The position numbers were made by a program, and so were the translations under genes. From contig KZ539085.1 in assembly GCA_000934665.2 (NCBI GenBank), positions 1-64,000 of the forward strand: a stretch of 64,000 bases of DNA. The letters are read 5' to 3'. The notes below the pieces were generated by a model. The model was not told where the DNA came from. It saw only the letters and a list, made by a program, of their open reading frames with translations, and did no database searches. The DNA is from Catajapyx aquilonaris. Taxonomy: Eukaryota. Of the stretch, positions 25,717 to 38,988 are shown one piece after another. The stretch's first letter is position 1, and each line of letters starts with the position of its first letter.

Positions 25717-26431
25717 ACACCCTGTCAGGTGATAAGCCCAGAAGATAGGGGTAGTGTCCGTGGGCTGGCCCGAACTCTTCAATGGTTCTTATTTATGAAG
25801 CTGAAAACAAATTTTCACAAATCCCTCGGGTTATAAACAGTTACCTCTATTTACAATGCCACTGCAAGATGGATGGTCCGGAAGTTAATTGTCTGTAGCG
25901 GTCAAGGTGGTAGGTGGTGACAGCTAGTCTTTGGTTCTTCCCAGTCATGAGAGGCTCCCGCTTTTTATAGGCCATTAATTTAAAAATCTGCATTTATCTG
26001 AATATTTGCAGGTCTGGATTTAGTGGAAAATTGACTGAAATGACCCATTTTCAATTACCTTCATTTATAGGCATAATAAATTTTTATAGAGGGTCACATT
26101 ATGACTCCTTATACATATGCATACACGTATAATAATTATCACATGGTCTATTATTTTAATTTCAAATGGTAACGTGTCTGTGGTACTGAAGAACTTCCTT
26201 GTCTTTCACTGCCAGAGATAATTTCTGTACTTACGAGCCAAATTGTAATTTGCTGTTATAAATTTTTGAATAGACATTTATCAAAATGTTTTCCCCTCTA
26301 GTCAGTTCATAACTTCATCTGTCAGCCTGGTCCCTAAAGACTGGTGTGTAGGCAGGCAGCACCCTTTTCATACTGGGTTACATCTAACATACACAATCAT
26401 CACGGCATAGTCCCATGATGAGCCATGATGA

Positions 26432-26657
26432 CCGAAGCAGGTTGGCATGGTGGATAAGGCGTCCGACTGCTAATCGGGAGGTCCTGGGTTCGCATCCCGG
26501 GGCCAGCAACCCTGACTGTGGTTTTCTGTGGTTTTCCACGGTCTTTCTAGGATAATTCCGGGGTCGCTTCCGTATAATAGGCCACAGCCACTTCCTTCCC
26601 TATCCTTGGAGGTTGAAAGGCAATGCTGGGCCAACCTTCCTAATATCAATTATAAAA
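26432..26657 (+). mobile_element. tRNA-Ser(GCT)-like-headed SINE
   Basis: Nearly identical to 47390-47616. TSD TCCCATGATGAG at 26411-26422 and 26658-26669. Confidence 0.9.
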
Positions 26658-27409
26658 TCCCATGATGAGGTATACAGTATAGTCAGCGATGACCAGGCCA
26701 TACGACCCAGCCATCTCAATCGACCAATACATGAGAATCCTCTGATGACTGGTCAGGTGTCCTGATGTGTCTCGTTTTAATTATGTGTACGTCCTGAAGT
26801 GATAAAACAGCTCACAAATACTACCCCTGAAAAGGTTCTGAACGGCAGAAAATCGCACGCTTTGGTTCGTTACTTTTTTTGGGGGTTCGTTACCCAGGGT
26901 TTTGTTGTGCTATGATACAAAGAAAAGCAGATACCGGTACGGAAAGGTGACCAATGGATTCCTCACTCTTTTCTTCTCTAGACTCTAGAGCATCTCTATA
27001 CTGCTGCCATTACAACCACTTAGAATTCGTAGAGTTATTACGCAGTGTAACCAGGTGCAGAATTGCGTGTACTCAAAACTTCGGTTCGTTACTGTGTTTG
27101 TTCTCACTCCTGTGGCGCTATCGAATGGTATTATTTTTGTCGGATTTGTGGCAAAATTCAGTCCTATCTACCTGGAACTCGATACAAAAAAACAGACTCC
27201 CCAAAGGTTTTTCACAAGCATGGAAAATTGCAATGAAAGTTCAAAAAAAACGTCTGAACTTTGGTTTGTTACCGCAAAAAGGCCCCTATGCCTTAGTATG
27301 AACCCGTGTTGAGCGTAGGGAGAATGTGCGATACTCAAAAATTTGCGACATAAATGCTGTTAAACAAATCCTGCATAATCCATGAGAGACGAGCTTTGAG
27401 GCATTTATT

Positions 27410-27482
27410 GACCATGTGGCTCAGAGTCAATGTGCCAGACTCATAACCGTGAGATCGGTGGTTCAAGTATCTAGGGGAAGCC
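27410..27482 (+). pseudogene. Degenerate tRNA-Met-like sequence or SINE head
   Basis: TGTGGCTCAGAG...GACTCATAACC...GGTTCAAG, with a CAT-containing loop. The acceptor stem does not pair. Confidence 0.4.
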
Positions 27483-27523
27483 ATTTTTTCCCTCCCACTT
27501 ATCAATGCGGTCCTTAAGTAACA

Positions 27524-28125
27524 TACAGTAAAACTTCTATAAGTCGAATCTCCATGGGACCGGGAAAAAACTTCGAGTTATAGAAGATTCAAGTTAAAGA
27601 AGTTCGGCCTTTTTTTGAGCACATAACTCTATAAGGAAGCCGACCTTTATATTCAGCGACAAAATGTGTTCAAAACTTAAAAATAACTCTCACTATCACA
27701 CTTACAATGTTCCTTATTGTTTTGTTGTGAAAAAAATCTCTGTTATGGACATTTGCCTACTCTTAGACTCAAGGATTCAATTGTCACAATCGAGTCAAAC
27801 ACTTCTTTCGGTACGTCTGGTAGACTAAGATCAGGAAATTGAGCCTTTCTGTACATGTGGCCTACTCTTGACCCTTCGGCTGGGAAATGAGAAAATTCTC
27901 TGTACTCGCCAAATGAACTTCGACTTAGGGAGACTGAAAATGCATTGAAATCCCGTCGTAAGGCCCTGCCAGCACTTTGAGTTATGGAGAACTTTGAGTT
28001 ATAGAAATTCGAGTTAGGGAAGTTTATTTCCTATTCTTTTACATTGTGACGAACCAAGCTCATCATTTTCTTCGACTTAGAGAACTTCGACTTAGGGAAG
28101 TTCGACATATAGAAGTTTTACTGTA
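27524..28125. mobile_element. Tigger/pogo-type deletion derivative
   Basis: TA-flanked TIRs CAGTAAAACTTCTATAAGTCGAA / TTCGACATATAGAAGTTTTACTG. Minus-strand remnant QMSITEIFF resembles the Tigger C-terminus. Confidence 0.8.
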
Positions 28126-29278
28126 TGTATAATATGTAAATCACATTGAAATTATACATTTTTCCCTTTTTTTAAATTCTTATTATTACCAGTAGATGTG
28201 CATTATTCCTCCTTTTTTAGCCCTGCCTTGAAAATTCCTGTTCAGAATTGCTGTCTATTAGAAAGCTACATAAGGTGTTAAGGAATTGCTTCGACAAATT
28301 AACGAATTTGGAAGATGATGGAGCAGCACATTAGGCAGGATGATATTCATCATAGAAACAAGAGAAGCAATAAGTCAAATGACACATTGCACAACTTACA
28401 AAAGTGTTTTTTAAAAACACTGACATGGTTTTTTGTGGATCGTGACGCGGAAAACCTACCTCATGAACATTTCACAAAAATTTCCATAGGCCTACCATGT
28501 GTCAGTTTTGAATGGAACTATCCATAACGAAAGCATTTTTGCAGAAATTGGGGTGAACAATAATATTATTGATGATGGATGATTGAATGAATTTCCATGC
28601 AATTCTATTGGGAAGATGTTTCCCATTGCTGTTATATTAGAAATGAACAGGTTTGAAGGCACTTGATGAAGTTTTTTTACTTGTCTATAAAAATTGCAAG
28701 TCTGGAATTTGCATAATTTACATGTATGTGATTGCTGTAAAACATGGCAATCCTGATGCACCTTCTGTAGTTAATGTACATTAGCATATTATGTTTAAGA
28801 GCTACTACATATCTAAGAAAAACCACATTCGTGTAACATGAAATATCTGTACCTCTTCCACACCATTCTGCACCTGTTTCCTATAGTGTAAGCAGATAGA
28901 TTTGCATGGAGGACAGATTGAGCATTGGCATTCCACCTGTGCAAAGAACACTGCTAGTACATGATAGAAAAGCTTGTGAGATTAATGCAACTCAAAAAAT
29001 TGAGTATGATCTGGCATTGCTGTAAAAATTAAGATAAAAATTCCTGCACATTCCTAATTTTACCAAATGCCCATTTGAATGACAGAATGATAAGTTGCCA
29101 ACCTGTCTTTAGCAGTACAACTCGGCCTTAGGCTGAGTCACAGTAAACTTCACTGAGGTCAACAATGACAAATTAAGCGTAATCATCAGTTGTCGATATA
29201 CCTTCAGTTGTGCAACTCATTACAAGTAATACCTTGGCTGATGGTACTCTTGCTAATAATTTGACCTGTCATGCACAG

Positions 29279-29749
29279 AATCGTCAGCAAGGACCCCTAT
29301 CATCACTGGCCAGTGCCTGCTCTGTAGCCCGCCTGGGAGGTGGGGATGGAGGAGAAGAGTTAAGCCGTACCCTGACAGCACTGAGCCTGGATGGAGCCTC
29401 ATCGTCCTTGTCACTGCCCTCTCTCACCTCCCCATCTTCATCCCCTTCACCCCACCCAAGGAGGATACGACCACAAGAAATACCAGTAGTGAGCAAGCAT
29501 AACAACAATCACAACAACTGTGGCTCACCTACTGGTATGTCATATGCATCTGCAACTGCAGCAAGTGTGTACCCCATGCAACAGCCTGATGTTGGAGGTG
29601 GAGGAGATGCCCCAAACATGAGAGGGGGTATGGGTGATGGTCCTACCCAAACTTCTCCATCGATCTCACCCACACTCAGCCATAACCCACCCCATCATAT
29701 GTTGCAGCAGCATCATAGTCCAACAGAGAAACCTTTGTCAACATACCAG
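29279..29749 (+). CDS. PAN3: PAN3 exon 2 (low-complexity N-terminal region)
   Basis: Acceptor CACAG|AAT continues ESKLATYLA-NRQ. Donor CAG|GTAATA. Phases 0/0. Confidence 0.85.
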
Positions 29750-30434
29750 GTAATACTTTTATTGGAATGGTGGTTATGGATTGACCCCTTATACTGAACA
29801 TCTTCATTTTTCAACATCCATATGAGTAATCAATGGAGAGTTGGGGTTTTGTTTAGGTCAGTTGTTTGGGGGAGTGAAATCAACTAATGGTACCATCTTG
29901 AGAATGTCCTTTATACTAAAAGGAGACAGGACACACCTTTTGCAAAAAGGATCACTATTTTGGGAGCATTTATAGGAGGGTAGTGGGCAGAGGCGTGCAT
30001 TAAATTGTCAATCCATTGTTTGGCAGTGGTGGATTGTCAAACTTAACAGTGTGTGGGGGGGGGGGGGGGGGGGGNGGGGGGCTCCTTTGTTCCCAAGATG
30101 GGTAAAATGCAAATATATTCCCTCCTTTATTTGCTGCCACATTTACAACAGTAACTTCGCTAAAGGCTCTAACTCGAGCTTCCTAGATTGCACCCTAAGG
30201 CTATCTGGCTGGCATAGGAGAGGGTAAGAGTGGTAGAAGAGTTTTTGAGCAGTGGGAGGAAACAGGAGAACCCTGAGAAAAACCAAATGCGTATTGAGAG
30301 CACCTTTAAAAATTGTTTTCACATGAGAAGGTTTTTTGTCTGAATAAAAATCAATCAGCAGCACAGTTGGTAATTAAAGGCATTCAGAGAGATTGTACAG
30401 TTCATTGGACTGATGTTTTGCATGCATTTTGCAG

Positions 30435-31065
30435 GAGAATGTTGGAGGAACAACGTATTTCTTTGTTGCCGATGAGTCTTCATTGGGGCCAGGGGGAAAC
30501 GGTGGAGGTTCAGGAAGTACAGGGAGTGGAGTTTCTGGAGGAGGAGTGGTGAGAGAAGATCTTGCTCCTCCTCCCATTGTACTTCCGCAGTACACCGCTT
30601 ACCCAGGGCCACCTACACATCTCTTGGGATCCATTGTGGGAAGTGATGAGGCTGTTGGCCGTGGAGCAGGCAGTGGAGGGGTTGTGGGTGGAGGTGGAGC
30701 AGGAGGTAGTGGACATCCCAGCATCCCAGTACAAATTGCCAGTGCTTTGAAGAATAGGCGAGGAGGTGGGGGGAACCCAAGAGGAACCCAATCATCCCCC
30801 AGCAGCACTAGCTTTTTTGCCAATGAGGAGCTGCGAGGGGAAATACTTCGAGCTAGTTTGCTCCGATTAGCCAGAGCTGATCCCCAACAGTGCCCTGACC
30901 TTCCCAGTGAAGTTGATGCCTACCATGAGTTGGTACCCCTAGAGCCAGGTGGAGGATCAGTTCAAGGAATCGGCAGCAAGTCGATGACCTTTGGATACAC
31001 GACCTCGGTGTACAAGGCTACCGGCGTGAAATCAGGACTGCAATATTGCCTCAGGCGAATTCATG
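30435..31065 (+). CDS. PAN3: PAN3 exon 3
   Basis: Conserved PAN3 motifs QENVGGTTYF, LPSEVDAYHELVPLE and FGYTTSVYKA...YCLRRIHG. Acceptor TTGCAG, donor G|GTAAGA. Confidence 0.95.
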
Positions 31066-31614
31066 GTAAGATCGAGTTTAGCAAGAACATTCAGTTTGTG
31101 TTGATTGATTGCTCTTTTAATGATGATGATGATGATATAATAATATTGGGTAGGCATGAGGTAGAACATGGACCTTATTTAATGCATATGTTGAAACATC
31201 TGGAGGAGCTTGTTCTGCTGCAACTCCTTGGTCCATGGGTGCATAGGGGAGGTGCCCAGGGAGGGTACTGTAGCAAGCTTCAAGTAGATATGGACCGTTT
31301 GTATGCCAGACTTTTTTTTTTGTGGGCCATAGGCAGAGAAGGGGGTGCAAGTCAACCATTTTAGGCATTACAGGGGATAGGTCACTAATACTAAAGTCTG
31401 GTCCCCCTCTTTATCGCGTTCAGGGGGTGGAAATGCGTTTTCTGGCACCTGCAGCGATTGTCGGGATGCCTGGCATGAGTGACTACCCCCTTGGTATTGA
31501 TAATTGGTTATAGAAAGTGTTAGTAACTGCCCAGAATTTTAATTATTATGACATAAGTTAATGATAGCCATTCTTTGAGTATTATACTGTTTCCTAAACC
31601 GAAACTTTCATGTA

Positions 31615-32507
31615 TACAAGGTGTGATCCAAAATTTTCGGGATTTAGGATATACAGTGCAAACCAGTAGAGGTATGAACTTGTGGCGCTAGGGGGTGCTA
31701 GATGCATCTTTCAGCTATTAGTCTGAAAAATATCATTTTCATAGGTGCACATGTTTCTGAGTTTTGGCAGTTTTCTTGTGTTCTGCAATATTTCGAAATG
31801 GCTGATGTGATGGAGCAAAGGATTTGGGTCAAATTTTGCTTCAAGCTCAAAGAAACTTTGGCTGCAGCCCACCAAATGCTGACCAAGGCTTTTGATGAGC
31901 AAGCTGTAAACCAAGCAATAACATACAAGTAGTTTAAGCGCTCTAAAAATGGCGGACCCAGTTTGCAGCAAAATCAACTCAATGCAGATCATTTTCTTTG
32001 ACATTTGAGGAATTGTGCATAATTATGGAGTATGTTTCTTCCACATGGTGAAATTGTCAACAGGAAGTCTTACTGCGATGATTTGAGACGATTTAGGCTG
32101 AAATGGCCGGAAATGTGGGAGAACAGAGACTGATTGTTGCACCATGACAATGCGCCTGCACACACCTCATGCTTCCTGACAAAAAACAATATGACCACGG
32201 TCCCCCACCCTGCCTATTCGTTTGTCCTGGCCCAATGTGATTTCTATCTCTTTCCTAAAATGAAATTTGGGTTGAAAAGAAGACATTTTGACTCCACTAA
32301 AGAGATCTAAGCAAAATCGCAGCAGGTGCTGAACACGCTACAGTTGGCCAATTTTTTTTGGGTGCTTCCAAAAATTGGAAATTCCCTGGGATCGTTGTAT
32401 ACGAGCCCAAGGTGACTACTTTGAGGGTGATGGAGACAACTAGTCTGAAAATGAGTTTTTCACCCGGTCGTATCACCAGTTCTGAAAATTTTGGGTCACA
32501 CCTCGTA
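31615..32507 (+). mobile_element. Defective mariner element
   Basis: TA-flanked TIRs. Remnants MEQRIWVKFCFKL, LHHDNAPAH and PHPAYS...CDFYLFPKMK, with stops and deletions. Confidence 0.9.
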
Positions 32508-32928
32508 CGTTATGCTCAAATCCCGAAAACGGCCATTGGGCGAAAAAACAAAAAAAACAAAAACGGCCAGACCATAGAATGATAATTGTCAATCCATCCA
32601 TCCTGCGGAATGGATGGTTTGACATGGATCATTCTGCAGTCTGGACGGTTTTCGGGGTTTGAACCTAACATACAGGGTGTTTAAACTTTTTTTTCCGAAC
32701 AGTTATCGGAAATATTGCACTATAAGCTGCTACTTTGTAAGCAGTGATTTGCAACCGGTTTGTCGGAGGAATGGGGAAGGTTCCCTGCGAATCTTAGGTT
32801 GAAGTGGCTTACAAAGGAGCAGCTTAGTGCAATATTTCCGATAACTGTTTGGACAAAAAGTTGAAACACACTGTATACATTCATTTTTTCCCAATGTAGT
32901 ACCATGTTTGAAACATCGTGCAATTAGC

Positions 32929-33370
32929 ATTCATTCATTCATTCATTTCACTCACGGCATATTCCCATCAAGATGGGGTTACCAACTATGACCAGGTACA
33001 ATCCACCTGGCCATCTTTTACAACCAGTATAATGAATCCTCTGTTGACTGGTCAGGCCACGCAAAGGATATAATGGATAGGATGATGATGAAAAGGATGG
33101 CATTAATACATTCAGACAGGCAAACACTCGCCCAATGTACACATATAAACATACAAAAATTCATATAACAATTATGCAAAAACAACGTACATTGTCCAGC
33201 ACGTAATGGTGTGTTCGACGGGTAATGTAAACACCAGTCACCAAGGCAGACGACATCTCACCCAAAGGTGCTAGTTGACGATCGTCTCCAGGGCGATGGT
33301 GTTGACGAGAGCATGTAAATAGTCAGGAACCCACCAGACTTGCGACCACCCTCAGGGACTGCTATAGCCT
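32929..33370 (-). mobile_element. 3' end fragment of an L2/CR1-type non-LTR element
   Basis: (TGAA)n tail on the minus strand (CATT repeats at 32928-32947), preceded by a stem-loop-forming segment also found at ~26688-26757. Confidence 0.45.
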
Positions 33371-34053
33371 CAGATAGCTTTTGTAAAAATATTAGTTTCA
33401 GTGAGCTATGGCAATAAAAAATGTGGTACCCTCTACCATGTCCTTTAAAAATAATACAGATGACAATTCTGGAAGGTTCCTAGCACTTTCTGTGCCCATT
33501 TTAAGTGCAAAAATTTGCAAATTAATGTGTTTCAAGCTCATGTTTTCACAATTAATTCACCTCGATTCACTTCATATTTTAGAACTGGACTATCAATATG
33601 GGGGGGGAAGGAAAGTGACTTCATACTACTCCAACCTAGAAGCATTGAAATCCAAGGCTATCCTCTGGGATGCGGAATTGGTTTTGCATCATCATACAGA
33701 TGTTTCATCTTCTAGTTCATCGTATCATAGTTTCATTGTACTATCATGAACAACTTGGGAGAGATATTTCTCTCATCTCAGAATTATCCTCCTACACATT
33801 GCCCATTATAGGGCATGGAAGTTGAGATGGACCTCATAAAGCACACGATGTTCACCCCCTTCCCTGCTGTCCACTAAGCAGCAATGCAATTGAATAAATG
33901 ATTCTGAGCAGGAGTAGGCCAACTGGCTTCTGAGATACGATGCTGTGATCTCTGCAGTGTATGCATTTGGCTTATAAATGGTTCTAAACATGCTATAGTT
34001 AGGTATATTTATTATGTATTATGCTACTTTTCATGTGTACTTTTCTTTTGTAG

Positions 34054-34380
34054 GTTTCCGGTTAGCTACGAGCAAATGCATGGTGCTGGTAGATGTGTGG
34101 AAGCGTCTGCAGCACTCAAACTTAGTCCAGTTAAAAGAGGTGTTTACCACAAAGGCATTCGGGGACAACTCGATAGTGTTCGTATATGATTACCACCCAG
34201 GAGCAGAGACTCTTCAGGCCATCCACTTTCCAAGGCCACAGCATCAGGCCCCTCAACACCAGCACCTCAGGAACGGACTTATCTCCCCCTATGGGGGAAG
34301 TGCTGGTCAACAAGACATGGATTCAGTGCCAAGGCCATTTTCGCAGCAGAAAACGTCCCTATCACATAGGCATGGAGGAG
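34054..34380 (+). CDS. PAN3: PAN3 exon 4 (pseudokinase)
   Basis: GFRL...WKRLQHSNLVQLKEVFTTKAFGDNSIVFVYDYHPGAETL. Acceptor TTGTAG, donor G|GTCAGT. Phases 1/1. Confidence 0.95.
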
Positions 34381-34506
34381 GTCAGTTCAAGTATTTCTAA
34401 AGTTAATTTTTGAAAGCTTGGCAGATATCTGATGAGCATTTTTGGCACATCCAATGTGTCTTGTCTCAAAATTTTATCTTTACTTATATGACACTTTCTC
34501 TCACAG

Positions 34507-35149
34507 GTCTTGTGCCAGAGAATTTACTCTGGACATATGTTGTCCAACTCAGCGCGGCACTACGCACTGTTCATGCGGCAGGTCTAGCCTGCCGGACTTT
34601 AGATCCCGGGAAAGTTCTTGTAACTGGTGGTGGGAATAGGGGAGCTGGAGATAGAGCCTCAGGCAATGGCTCTGGAAAGGGTGGCTCCAGGTTGCGCCTA
34701 TGGCTAAATTGCTGTGGAATATTTGATGTGCTCACTTTTGACCCTGCCGTGTCCAATCCTTTGGCGATGATCCCACATTTCCAGCAGGAAGACTTAGTGT
34801 CGCTAGGAAAGCTAGTCTTAGCTCTTGCCTGCAACTCAGTTGTGGCTGTTCAGAGGGAGCAACTACAAACATCTCTTGATCTGGTGTCACGAAATTACTC
34901 ATCAGATCTCCGCAACTTGGTTATATACCTTTTGTCAAGTGGGCCTGGAGCTGGAATGGGAAGTGCGGCTGGAGGAACCAACCGCAGCATCAACGATATC
35001 ATGCCTATGATTGGAGCTCGGTTCTACTCACAACTGGATGCTGCGCAAGTCAGGGCAGATATGCTGGAAGCTGAGCTATCCAAGGAAGTTGAAAATGGAA
35101 GGCTCTTCCGACTGCTTTCGAAGTTAGCAGTTGTTAACGAAAGACCTGA
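34507..35149 (+). CDS. PAN3: PAN3 exon 5 (pseudokinase C-lobe and coiled coil)
   Basis: LVPENLLWTYVVQL...QQEDLVSLGKLVLALAC...IMPMIGARFY...KEVENGRLFRLLSKLAVVNERPE. Donor GA|GTGAGT. Confidence 0.95.
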
Positions 35150-36516
35150 GTGAGTTGAGGAGGGTTTATGTTTCATGGTTTTTAATTGCAATGAAATGAA
35201 GGTACAAGTCTACAGTGGAAGTGTCATCGATAGTACCTAGGTTCACACACATGTTCACGAAGTAACATCCCCATCATTAAGTGACAGTGTGTTTGAGAAG
35301 TACAATAATGTTGACGGTCTCTTATCCGTAACCCATGAGATTATAAATTTTTCAGAATTCAGAATGGTGCAAGGTTTAACATACACTGTATCATCGTACA
35401 TACCAGTAATAGATCCACCACCACTCCTACCACTCCTGCATACTGTAACCTAGCTGTGACATAGGCTACACTGCATATGTGCAGTAAAAGCACATTACCC
35501 CTAGATTTAGGATCTTGGTACAGTCCCAAGAACAAAGTTGGTTGACGCTGCAGGCCTTCTCTGACCTTCCTGTATCCGACTCAAATTAATTGGCTCTTTT
35601 TGGGCCTAGTTCACTGCTTTAGGCATGAGTTCGTCTATTTATTACCATTTATTTGATACCGTAATGGCGGGGATTGGCAGAGCATCCTGCCAAAATGGAG
35701 GGCCTGCCGTCTCCAACTTTATGCTCGGGACTGAACATCAGTGGACTTATCCGTTTGGCACAGACGCTTTTTGAAATTCAGTGTCTTACGCTCTCAGGCT
35801 TTCCGCGATCCAAGTGGAATTCCTAAGTGAGTCAGGCTGCCCAATTCATCAATGTGTAGGGACAATTTGTCATTACCATTAAGCTCATTAAGAAATGAAG
35901 CTCATTAAGCTCTTATCTCTGTGTGAGACACCTAATTCTGTGAAGGGCAGGAGCACAGTAGCCGACAGAAGGCTTATTTGATTGATTCTGCATCTCTCTG
36001 TTGGCCACTTTGGATTGGCCCACTCTGTGAGGTGTCCTTTTGGCAACAATTTGGGTAAAAGGTCTGGAAGTCAACAATGGGAGTTGAAGAACTGCCCCAA
36101 AACTATATCTGAATAGGGAGATGGACAGTCTGATGCCATCATCATGGACAGTCTGATGCCATCATCATGGTCCTGGCAACCATTGCCTTCACCTTGGGAC
36201 ATACTTGGCACCAAATGTGAACTTTGGTATACAGATGACCTTCATGAAAAAAACTTCTGGTTTTTGGAGCTTTTTTGTTTTCATAATTTCTGATAAGAGA
36301 TTGTGAACTACATTACATCTTTTAAGTAGAAATTGATTATGCTATTCTTCAATGGCTTTTAAGGAAATCACATGTCCCTAAATAGAGGGTTTTATTTTGT
36401 GAAGAACAAGAACATTGTTAGAAAAAAACCAAGGAATTTTCCTTGTAGGTATGGGTTGGAGGGCCACTGCAGAAGGCAGAGACTTGAAATTGTATTTTTG
36501 AAGCCTCACATGACTA

Positions 36517-36957
36517 GGGAGCATATACTACATAAGAGGCGCAAACATTCGATTTTTACGTCTCTCTGTTTATAGGGCGTTGCCAAGGCTGGCGGCCATC
36601 TTGAAGTGTGTGGTGCGCCAACGAGGTATAAATAGGGTACAGGCAGGCCGTCAAGGTCTGCGGGGGTCCGCCATCTTTGATGGTTTTGGCTGCCATGGCA
36701 ATACACGGCAATAACAATTCACTTACCCATTCCAATATCGAATTCAAATTTGCGTGTGTTCTTGGCGTGGAGTTGCCATGGCCGCCAAAATCATCAAAGA
36801 TGGCGAACCCTATTTTTGCCTGTACCCTATTCATACCTCGTTGGCGCACCACACACTTCAAGATGGCCGCCAGCCTTGGCAACGCCCTATAAACAGAGAG
36901 ACGTGAACATCAAAGGCGCCGACAGAAGTTTGCGCCTCTTATGTAGTATGTGCTCCC
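36517..36957. mobile_element. Foldback MITE (near-perfect ~200-bp arms)
   Basis: GGGAGCATATACTACATAAGAGGCGCAAAC / GTTTGCGCCTCTTATGTAGTATGTGCTCCC, plus inner arms. Confidence 0.85.
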
Positions 36958-38917
36958 TGACATGACATTCACAGAGCAATGCTGGTGAAAGCCCATAATT
37001 TTGTCGACGCTTCAAATGGAAGACAAGGATTTTTCCAGTCGAAAACTGGTGGGATCGCATACCTGCACATGTGATGTCATGATCAGCCAAAGTCAGCAAT
37101 GGAGCATTACCTATCTTTTTATTGGTGGCTGTTTGTTGCCTTCCACAACCATATAAGTGTGAAGAGCTGGATTAAAAGGGGTAGTGGGTGATGGCATTGG
37201 CATGCACTATGCATAGTACATCATTAGGGTAGACCAATGGTTGAAAATAATAGTGATGGGTCACTCCAGAGCTTCACTGAGGCAGTGACCCTTCCTGACA
37301 TTCAAAAATGCTTCCATAGTGGCTTGATTCCCTACCAAAATCCACCTGCTTCTAAAAATTCTAAATATTTATAATGCTGTCATTGTTGGATTATTACTTT
37401 TGACTGATGACAACACGAATAGTGGTAGGGAGGAACTCAAAAGTGGAGTCAGTGGGCAGGGCATTTTCCCCTGTATTTTAACAGGATTAACAGCATTTTT
37501 ATTGCAACCCATGTCACTATTTGGACACTAGGGACCCCACACACAATCGTGCCACATGTTTTCTCAAAAAAATTTAATAGAGACAGTGGCCCTTTAAGGT
37601 TGCAAAATGATTGTATTTGATTCTGTTGGATGCAGAAATATCTGGGCTTGGCTTGCAATACCCATTTTACTCTTGTATGTTTAAGTGAACCTCAGAAATA
37701 TTGGAAAATGTAATCCAATACAGTTGGCCCTAATTTTTGTTACAGAAATTCATGGTCACAAAAAATGGTGTTAATTTTTTGCCATGAAAAAAGGTGCTGA
37801 GTAATCGCTGAGAATTTCCTCATCCCACCTACACATGTGTATATCTGAACAAACTTTTTTTAGCATGGGCTGTAGCATTGCCACAAAATGTGACTCCCCC
37901 AGAGATCAACCATGTACGGTAACTAAAGAAATGCCCTTGTGCCTCACTTAGTCTATCTGCTCCCTCCCTGTTGCTGTACATGGTGTGGAAACACTGGCAT
38001 AACTACACAGATAAAGACAACTGCTAGAAGTTACTTCTTATTCTTAAAACCAAGTACCTGCACACCAGATATAGGGTCAACGTGTGGGCATGGATGCAGC
38101 TCTGGCACCCATCATGGAACAGTCATGTTGGCATGGTTAATTATATTATAGCAACCATGTTTTACCTCATATAGGGTGTTGCTGTTATATGCTACAATTC
38201 TGGAAAAATTTAGACAAGTGTACTCTTGGCTTCCAATCCCAGAGTATTAGGTCATGGGAATTTTCCTCCTGGTTTTTGCCAGCAAAGCCTAAATACTGGG
38301 TAACACACACACACCCACACATACATTGCATTTCTACATCAGACTACAGACCAAGGAAGAGCTAGGTCACAGCACCTGGCCTGCATTGGGCCTCCAACCT
38401 TAGTTAAAAATCAAATATCGTAGGTCTGTGCATGGATTGTCACTGTTCTCCTCCATGTTCACAGGTGATTTCCTTACATCAAGACTCCAGGACTACAATT
38501 TATTGACATTTTTAAGGGGAAATATTAAGGAGTGATTATATGCAAGGTGGTGCACTCTCCAATTTCACAATCCAAGATGGTGGAAATTGACTGGGATGGT
38601 AGACCCTCCTGATGATGTAAATAAATTCTGTGTTCAAACGGCCATGGTAGGGGCTTCCTTTGCTTTTCTTTTGTTATTTATGCGGGAGTAGGCACTATCA
38701 TGTTCAACTATAAAGCTTACAAATAAATTGCTCTGCCATTTAATGCTATGCTCTCCCATCCGCAACCAGTCCCCATGCCATCCTGTTGCCGACAAAATCA
38801 TCTCTATTATTAGTAGTGGTATGTTGTGTGCTGATTGCGGAAATGCGTTTGTAAATATTTCAACATGGAAGCGTCCATGACTTCCATGATGATTCTTACA
38901 CAGGTCATGGAAGTCTC

Positions 38918-38922
<5 letters not shown>

Positions 38923-38965
<43 letters not shown>

Positions 38966-38988
38966 NNNNNNNNNNNNNNNNNNNNNNN
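38923..38988. repeat. (CT)n microsatellite running into an assembly gap
   Basis: Seen directly. N run at 38966-38988. Confidence 0.95.

Noticed and set aside
26411..26669. Box C/D snoRNA or TGATGA target-site preference
   Set aside because: The ATGATGA motifs belong to the SINE TSD and resemble the SINE's own 5' end (ATGACCGAAG). The 20110 copy has an unrelated TSD, so 5' microhomology explains it better.
31066..31364. C-terminal part of the 311-aa ORF
   Set aside because: Read-through into the intron after the donor at 31066. PAN3 similarity resumes at 34054.
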